The notes under the pieces were generated by a model, which was given only the letters and a program-made list of their open reading frames with translations, had not been told where the DNA came from and did no database searches. From the NCBI GenBank assembly GCA_963678065.2, contig CAXXVZ010000004.1:576001-640000 (forward strand): DNA of 64,000 nt, in the 5' to 3' direction. The translations under genes were made by a program, and so were the position numbers. This DNA is from Treponemataceae bacterium. Lineage in GTDB: Bacteria > Spirochaetota > Spirochaetia > Treponematales > Rectinemataceae. Positions within the stretch are counted from its first letter, which is position 1, and the number at the start of each line of letters is the position of its first letter. This document shows, piece by piece, positions 58,124 to 64,000 of the stretch.

Positions 58124-61095
58124 CAGGATCTCGGGCCGGAGAGGGAACCTGAGTCCGCGATCGGGCGGGCGGGACCGGGAAGGAGCCCCGCGCCCTTCAG
58201 GATGGCGGGGATATCGCAGGACTCGCGCACGACTCGCGCGAGGCGGTCGAGTTCCGCGTCGAGGGAGCGGAATGCCTTCGCTCCGGAGGGTGGAAGGCCC
58301 CTGCGCGCACGCAGGGAGTCGAGGAAGTGGCCCCGGAAGGCGTCCTCATCGAAGAGGCCGTGGAGGTAGCTGCCCCAGACCGCGCCTCTCTGCCAGCCGA
58401 CGGGGGCGCCTGAAGCCTTACCTGACGGCTCACCTGAAAGTGCACCTTCAGGTGAGCCGTCAGACGCACGTAAAGACGAATCTTCAGACGAGCCTTCAGG
58501 GAGGCCGTCAGACGGGCCCTGACGCGGGTCGTTACGGAGCCTGAGGATCACGTCGCAATCGGCGGGGATGGAGGGTTCGGCGAGGTCCGCGACATCGGGG
58601 CCACCGGAGCCCTCCGGCCTTCGCGGGGCTTCGGTCGCATCCTCGACCCAGGTTTCGCCGTGGTGGATCTCGTAGCCGGTCACCCTTAGCCCCGAGGCAA
58701 GGTGGGTGGCCTCGACGCGTCTCAAAGTCTTGTCGCGCTCGAACGAGGTTACGACGGGGAGGAGGCCGAAGCCCGCGGTCTCATCGGCCATGGACTCGAC
58801 GTGGCCGGGATCGAGTATCCTCGCGCCGAGCATCTGGAGGCCTCCGCAGATGCCGACGATGGCTGTGCCCGCCGCGGCGAGGCGTCTCAGCTCGGGCTCG
58901 ACTCCGCGCTCACGCAGGTAGGCGAGGTCGGCGACCGTCGCCTTCGTGCCCGGGATGATGACCGCGTCCCAGTCGCCCGCGGCGAGCTCTGCTCCCGTCG
59001 ATACGGCGCTCACCGAAACATCGGGCTCGGCGTCGAGGGGGTCCAGGTCGGTGAAGTTGGAGACGCGACGGAGGCGCAGGACGGCGATCTTCAGAGGGGC
59101 GCCGGACTTGTCCCCGCGCAGGAGCCTGGGCTCGTCCTCGTCGGGGAGCTCGAGGTCGCGTATGTAGGGCACGCAGCCGAGGACAGGTTTGCCGGTAGCC
59201 TTCCGGGTGAGGTCGAAGGCGTCGCCGAGAAGGGCCTGGTCGCCCCGGAATTTGTTGACGATGAAGCCGGCGAGGATGTCTTTTTCGGCGGGCGAGAAGG
59301 TCGCGACGTGACCGATGAAGGAGGCGAAGACCCCTCCCCTGTCGATGTCGCCGACGAGGAGGACACTGGCCTTCGCATGGAAGGCCGCGCGCATGTTGAC
59401 GAAATCGCGGCTTTTCAGGTTGATCTCGCCCGGACTGCCCGCTCCCTCGAGAACGATGACCTCGTGCTCGGCGGCGAGAGAATCGTAGGCCGCGTAAGCG
59501 GTCTCGCGCATGAGTCGGCCGCGAGCATAGTAATCTTTCGCCGCGAGCTGCTCCACGGGTTTCCCCATGAGGACGACCTGGGAACTCGAATCGGTGGAGG
59601 GCTTGAGGAGAACGGGATTCATGCGCACATCGGCGGGGAGACCGCAGGCGGCGGCCTGGAGGGCCTGGGCACGGCCGATCTCGAGCCCGTCGTCCGTCAC
59701 CGCGGAGTTGAGGGACATGTTCTGGGCCTTGTAGGGCGCGACGTCGTAGCCCTCGTCGCGGAGGATGCGGCAGAAGGCGGCGGCGATGAGGCTCTTGCCC
59801 GCGCTCGAGGAACAGCCCTGGATCATGAGGGCTTTCGCGCGCCGGGGCGCGGCCGGAGCCGGGGCGGCAGTGGCCGCGGGCGAGCCTGGCCCGGGGGCTT
59901 CGGCTGAAGTGCAGGAGGCAGTTTGATCCGGGGCTTCGGCCGGGGTCGCCGCCGCGGCTTCCAGAACCTCGCGCAAGGCTCCCGCGACGACGTCGTTCTC
60001 TTCGGGCCTCCGCAGGCCGATCCTGATGTGCCTCGCGTCGAGGCCGGGATAGTTCGAGCAGTCGCGGACCCCGATTCCCATGTGGGCGAGCAGGCCGGCG
60101 AGGGTCGGAGCCTCCGGCCCCGACTCGATCCTGCAGAGGAAGAAGTTCGCGTCGGAGGGGAATACGGTAAGACCAGGGATGGCGCAGAGAAGCTCGCGCA
60201 CGCGCCTCCGCTCGTAGTCCACGAGGTGGCGGGAGCGCAGCGACCTCGTGCCCGGATCGGCGAAGGCGCGCAGGCCGAATCGCAGGGCGAGGCAGGAGAC
60301 GGGCCAGGAGGGAAGCGCCTCGCGGACTGCCGCCGCCACCTCGGGCGCCGCGACGAGGTAGCCGAGCCTTATGCCGGGCACGGCCCAGAACTTCGTCATG
60401 GAGCGCAGAACAATGACATTGGGCCTGAGGCGGGCGACGCTGGAGGCCCCCCTGCCCGCGGCGCGGCCTTCCGGAGCGTCGAGAAAGTCGACGAAGGCCT
60501 CGTCGACCACGATCCAGACGGCGGGGTTGGAGTCGGCCACTGTTGCGACTTCCTCCACGGAGAGAGCCAGTCCGGTGGGATTGTTGGGCCTCCCGAGCCA
60601 GAGCGAGGAGCCGGGGGCGAGCTTCGCGACGAGGTTGGTCAGGATGTCCGGCTCGAAGCGGTAGCCATTCTCGCGGCGGAGGAAAAGGGAGCCCGCCATG
60701 AAGCCCGCCGACTCGAGGGCCTCGCGGTAGCTCGCGTAGGAGGGTTCGACGATGACGGCCTTGGCCTCGTTCTCCGGCGAGGAGCCGGGATTGCGGGCGA
60801 AAGTGGAGCGTTTCAGTGTCTGTGCGAGGGCGTAGAATATCTCGTCGGCGCCGTTTCCGAAGACGAAGCATTCGGGCGGGATATCGAGGGCTCGGGAAGC
60901 CGCATCGCGAAGTTCCCGATACTCGGGGTCGGGGTAGTGTCCCGCGTCGCGCTTGACTTCCTCCCAGATGCCGTCGAGCCACTCGGGGGGACCGAGGGGG
61001 TTGAGGTTGGCGCTCGCGTCGACGATGCGGGAAGGGTCGAGTCCGGAAGCCCGGACGAGGGCGTCGACATTCCCTCCGTGGAGAGTTCGGGACAT
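58123..61095 (-). CDS. cobQ: Fused threonine-phosphate decarboxylase (CobD) / cobyric acid synthase (CobQ/CbiP)
   Basis: N-terminal HGGN, DASANLNPLG, PNNPTG, DEAF and SMTKFWAVPGIRLGY; C-terminal QGCSSSAGKS, KAQNMSLNS, EGAGSPGEINL, GICGGLQML, GYEIHHG and YLHG. Confidence 0.92.
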   Translation of the reverse strand: MSRTLHGGNVDALVRASGLDPSRIVDASANLNPLGPPEWLDGIWEEVKRDAGHYPDPEYRELRDAASRALDIPPECFVFGNGADEIFYALAQTLKRSTFARNPGSSPENEAKAVIVEPSYASYREALESAGFMAGSLFLRRENGYRFEPDILTNLVAKLAPGSSLWLGRPNNPTGLALSVEEVATVADSNPAVWIVVDEAFVDFLDAPEGRAAGRGASSVARLRPNVIVLRSMTKFWAVPGIRLGYLVAAPEVAAAVREALPSWPVSCLALRFGLRAFADPGTRSLRSRHLVDYERRRVRELLCAIPGLTVFPSDANFFLCRIESGPEAPTLAGLLAHMGIGVRDCSNYPGLDARHIRIGLRRPEENDVVAGALREVLEAAAATPAEAPDQTASCTSAEAPGPGSPAATAAPAPAAPRRAKALMIQGCSSSAGKSLIAAAFCRILRDEGYDVAPYKAQNMSLNSAVTDDGLEIGRAQALQAAACGLPADVRMNPVLLKPSTDSSSQVVLMGKPVEQLAAKDYYARGRLMRETAYAAYDSLAAEHEVIVLEGAGSPGEINLKSRDFVNMRAAFHAKASVLLVGDIDRGGVFASFIGHVATFSPAEKDILAGFIVNKFRGDQALLGDAFDLTRKATGKPVLGCVPYIRDLELPDEDEPRLLRGDKSGAPLKIAVLRLRRVSNFTDLDPLDAEPDVSVSAVSTGAELAAGDWDAVIIPGTKATVADLAYLRERGVEPELRRLAAAGTAIVGICGGLQMLGARILDPGHVESMADETAGFGLLPVVTSFERDKTLRRVEATHLASGLRVTGYEIHHGETWVEDATEAPRRPEGSGGPDVADLAEPSIPADCDVILRLRNDPRQGPSDGLPEGSSEDSSLRASDGSPEGALSGEPSGKASGAPVGWQRGAVWGSYLHGLFDEDAFRGHFLDSLRARRGLPPSGAKAFRSLDAELDRLARVVRESCDIPAILKGAGLLPGPARPIADSGSLSGPRS
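58409..58524. repeat. Degenerate 12-bp repeats containing a 42-bp near-perfect palindrome (58422-58463) inside cobQ
   Basis: CTGACGGCTCACCTGAA-AGTGCACC-TTCAGGTGAGCCGTCAG. Confidence 0.8.
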
Positions 61096-61104
61096 GATTC
61101 GCTC

Positions 61105-62028
61105 CTACAGAACTCCGAGTATGGCGAGGGCGCAGGCCAGATGGCCCAGGCTGCCGAGACAGACGGCCGCGCCCAGGGCGTCGCCCGTGTAGCCGCCGAG
61201 CTTTCGGCCGTAGGAGGCAAGCATGGGCAGGAGACCCGCGGCGACCCCGCAGACGAAGCCCACGCCGGTAGCGGTCAGCGATCGCCCGACGGCCGGGAAC
61301 CGCGCGATGATACCTGTAGCTTCGGCCGAAACGGCGGGAGCGGCTCCGGCCGCGGCGCGCGCCTCCCCCAAGAATAGCGCGGAAAGCCAGGCGATGGCGA
61401 GGCATATCGCGGCGGAAAGAGCGAGGCCGGTCCAGGCCGCGCGCTTCGAGTAGGGCTGGAGCATGGCCCCGAGGCCGCCGGGCCGGGCCGGGGCGAGGAA
61501 AACCGGAACGAGGGCCGAGGCTGCCCTGCCCGCCACCGGAGCCGCGAGGACGGCCGGGGCGAGAAAGAGCGGCAAGGCGCTCGCCCGCGCAGCGCAGTAC
61601 CAGAGGGCGCCAAGGTAGGCGACACCCGCGAAGAGGCCGAAGGAGCCGACGCGCGGGTCTTTGAGTATCTCGAGCCGCCTCTCGCGGCTGCCCCCACCCA
61701 TGAAGGCGTCGGCCGAGTCGAGGAGGCCGTCGAGATGGAAGAGGTCGAAGGCGAGGTAGAGGAAGAGAAGGGCGCAGAAGGCCCTCGCCCCGCCGGTCGC
61801 GAAGGCGAGGGATGAGAGCGCGTAGCCGCCCGCTGCCACGAGGGCGGCCGCGAAGCCGACCATCGGGAGCCAGAGTGGGACGCCCGAGAAGTCCGGCTCG
61901 CCTTTCAGCGGAACGGGAAAGCGCGAGACCAGGATGAGGGTCGACAGGGCCCTGCGCGCCGGTCCACGCCCACGCCGCGCTGAACCGTGTCCGGCCCGCG
62001 CCGGAGCGCCCTCAGTAGTTCTGCTCAT
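61105..62028 (-). CDS. cobS: Adenosylcobinamide-GDP ribazoletransferase
   Basis: HLDGLLDSADA, LEILKDPRVGSFG and GGYTGDALGA motifs. Confidence 0.92.
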   Translation of the reverse strand: MSRTTEGAPARAGHGSARRGRGPARRALSTLILVSRFPVPLKGEPDFSGVPLWLPMVGFAAALVAAGGYALSSLAFATGGARAFCALLFLYLAFDLFHLDGLLDSADAFMGGGSRERRLEILKDPRVGSFGLFAGVAYLGALWYCAARASALPLFLAPAVLAAPVAGRAASALVPVFLAPARPGGLGAMLQPYSKRAAWTGLALSAAICLAIAWLSALFLGEARAAAGAAPAVSAEATGIIARFPAVGRSLTATGVGFVCGVAAGLLPMLASYGRKLGGYTGDALGAAVCLGSLGHLACALAILGVL

Positions 62029-63091
62029 CCTCGATGCTCCTCGCCACGCCCATGGTCTCGAAGGTGGCCATCTGCGAGGCGAACTTGGCGGACAGTTCGA
62101 GCATGAATCCGCCGATGACGGCGCCCGTGCCCTCTCCGAGGCGCATCTCGAAGTTCACGATGGGCTCGAGCCCCATCGCCTTGAGTACGGGGAGGTGGCC
62201 CTTCACCTTGGACTGGTGGCCGGCGAACATGTAGGCTGCGGTCTCCGGGTCCATCATATAGGCAATCCACGCGGCGGAGGTGACAGGGAAGCCGTCTATG
62301 AGGCAGGCGATGCCCTTCCCCTTCAGACCGAGGATGAGCCCGGTCATGGTGGCGATCTCGAGGCCGCCCAGAGCCGCGAGGATCTCCTTCGGCCCGGCGA
62401 AGGGTCCGCGGTTCTTCACCGCCTCGGCGATGACCGTGAATTTCCTGGCGAGGGCGGCATCGTCGATGCCCGTGCCGCGGTCGACGATGAGTTCGGGGGC
62501 GAAGCCTCCGGCGACGAGGAGGGCGGCGGCGGCCGTCGTGTTGCCGATGCCCATGTCGCCGATGGCGACGTAGCGGTAGCCGGACAGGGCGGCGCGCTCG
62601 GCGAGCTTCCGGCCGTTCGCGAGGCAGGCCTCGAGGACTTCGGGGCTCATGGCGTTTTCGCGGGCGAAGTTCTTCGTGCCGCGGGCGGCCTTCGCGCGGA
62701 TGAGACCGGGGCTCGCGCCGAGGGGGCCCTCGCTGCCGGACTCGTGGGCGGGAAGCTCGCCGATCACGAGCTCGCCCTCGATGCCGGCGTCCACCGCGAA
62801 GACGTCGAAACCGCAGCCGCGCGCGAGGGCGTTGATGGCGGCGCCTCCCGCGAGAAAGTTGATCGCCATCTGTGCCGTGACTTCTTTCGGGAAGAGAGAG
62901 ACACCCTCCTCGGTGACGCCGTGGTCTCCCGCGATGACGAAGACGGCTTTCTTGCCGGGTTTAGGGGGAACCTGCCCCTGCACGAGGGCGAGCCTCGTGG
63001 CGAGATCTTCGAGCAGGCCGAGGCTGCCCTTGGGCTTGGTGAGGTTGTCGAGGTGGGCGCGCATCGCTGTTTCGAGCTTCGTGTCGATCAT
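62012..63091 (-). CDS. cobT: Nicotinate-nucleotide--dimethylbenzimidazole phosphoribosyltransferase
   Basis: LTKPKGSLGLLE, AGDHGV, GDMGIGNTT, GGLEI and MRLGEGTGA motifs. Confidence 0.95.
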   Translation of the reverse strand: MIDTKLETAMRAHLDNLTKPKGSLGLLEDLATRLALVQGQVPPKPGKKAVFVIAGDHGVTEEGVSLFPKEVTAQMAINFLAGGAAINALARGCGFDVFAVDAGIEGELVIGELPAHESGSEGPLGASPGLIRAKAARGTKNFARENAMSPEVLEACLANGRKLAERAALSGYRYVAIGDMGIGNTTAAAALLVAGGFAPELIVDRGTGIDDAALARKFTVIAEAVKNRGPFAGPKEILAALGGLEIATMTGLILGLKGKGIACLIDGFPVTSAAWIAYMMDPETAAYMFAGHQSKVKGHLPVLKAMGLEPIVNFEMRLGEGTGAVIGGFMLELSAKFASQMATFETMGVARSIEDEQNY

Positions 63092-63915
63092 CGTGGTTTC
63101 CTTCCTTCTATTACTCGTTTTGGATCCGCGGCTTGATCCGCGGACATGATTTCCATGCTGGACAAGAGCCTCGCGGAGGCGAGAACTGCCTCCCAGTCGA
63201 AGAGTTCGAGTTCGACGGTTCCGGCGAAGGCCTCTAGAATGGGGAAGAGCCGCCCGAGCCAGGCCGAGCCGCCTTTCAGGGGCGCGTGATCGCGCATCGT
63301 TCCGATGGAGTCCGCGGTGCCGGACCGGACCGGGAAGCTGTCCGCCCCGCTACTGGGCGCGGCCTTGCGGACAATGTCGTGCAGGTGGACGCGCGCGAGG
63401 CGCTCCCCTGCCCAGCGCGCGAAGTCGGCGGGGTCGCGGCCTTCGATGAGGAGGTGGCCCGTGTCCATGCAGATCGGAAAGTTCGACGAGGGGATTCCCG
63501 ACTCGTCGAGCAGTTCGAATCCCCTGGCAAAATCGCCCTCATTCGTATACTCGATCGCGAAGAGCTGCCCGCGAAGGGCATCGCCCGCGACAGCGCGCAG
63601 GAAGCCCGCGAAGTCTCCCTCGTCGCCCCGCTTCGGAGGATGCACGACGAAGGCTTTCGCGAAATCTTTTGTCATATCGACGAGTTCGAGAGTCCCGGGC
63701 CCCACGCGCGAGGGCAGGTGGACGGAGAGCTCGAGCTGACTCGCGGCGCGGGCAATCGCGGGCAGTTCGGCCGCAAGTGCGGCGCGCGTTTTTGCGTCGA
63801 AGTCGAAGACGAGAAGTTCGACCCCGTTCACCGGCCGCTCCACCTGGGACAGGATGAAGTCGAGGTTTTCGCCCCAGCTGCCGGGGATGACCCAGGAAGG
63901 GCAGGCGAGCTTCAC
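63088..63915 (-). CDS. AP-endonuclease-2/xylose-isomerase TIM-barrel protein, probable cobamide-remodelling phosphodiesterase (CbiR-like)
   Basis: PSWVIPG, VELL, SVHLP, CMDTGHL, VHLHD, DH and ELELF metal-binding motifs; embedded in the cob operon. Confidence 0.72.
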   Translation of the reverse strand: MKLACPSWVIPGSWGENLDFILSQVERPVNGVELLVFDFDAKTRAALAAELPAIARAASQLELSVHLPSRVGPGTLELVDMTKDFAKAFVVHPPKRGDEGDFAGFLRAVAGDALRGQLFAIEYTNEGDFARGFELLDESGIPSSNFPICMDTGHLLIEGRDPADFARWAGERLARVHLHDIVRKAAPSSGADSFPVRSGTADSIGTMRDHAPLKGGSAWLGRLFPILEAFAGTVELELFDWEAVLASARLLSSMEIMSADQAADPKRVIEGRKPR

Positions 63916-63952
63916 CGAAGGCCCGCCCGAGGCTCGGCCGGAAGGCAGGCTC

Positions 63953-64000
63953 TCACGGAAGAGAGCCCTTCACGGCGAAGGGGATGCCCGCCACCATGAG
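63953..64000 (-). CDS. cobU: C-terminus of probable adenosylcobinamide kinase/guanylyltransferase (partial)
   Basis: ...LMVAGIPFAVKGSLP* resembles the typical CobU C-terminal 'VAGIP' end; operon context. Confidence 0.55.
   Translation of the reverse strand, partial: LMVAGIPFAVKGSLP

Noticed and set aside
1..64000. CRISPR array, prophage, IS element or anti-phage defence cluster
   Set aside because: No repeat-spacer periodicity and no cas, phage or transposase genes were seen. The RT is a plain group II intron RT, and the macrodomain protein is a stand-alone YmdB type.

Overview
GC-rich bacterial chromosomal segment, most likely from an anaerobic free-living spirochaete. This is inferred from the stand-alone fusA with its downstream P-loop protein, the spirochaete-type glycerol-3-phosphate acyltransferase and the yajC-secD-secF block. 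Most of the window is housekeeping and cofactor genes: Fe-ADH (partial), fusA, zwf-pgl, an RNA methyltransferase, tRNA-Ala(GGC), tRNA-Cys(GCA), secDF-yajC, carbamate kinase, ispH-udk, alpha-2-macroglobulin-pbpC, a tungstate ABC transporter with pterin cofactor genes, hslO, MATE, a macrodomain protein, a tripartite tricarboxylate transporter catabolic operon, a VIT1 protein, amtB and a cobamide salvage/remodelling operon. One class IIC group II intron sits directly behind the tRNA-Cys terminator, and its RT gene carries an in-frame TAG. The best candidate for an undescribed system is a 125-aa upstream ORF in front of amtB. It has an N-terminal hydrophobic segment and a C-terminal RAPP ribosome-arrest motif, and its last codons can pair with the amtB Shine-Dalgarno across three hairpins, suggesting arrest-peptide control of an ammonium transporter. 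Other notable items are a CHASE pseudo-histidine kinase with an intact receiver domain, a TTT/URO-D-like/dipeptidase operon with a 34-bp operator, a 42-bp palindrome inside the CobQ coding region, an internally deleted alkylation-repair gene and a structured fusA leader. All family calls come from motif recognition by eye; no database searches were run.
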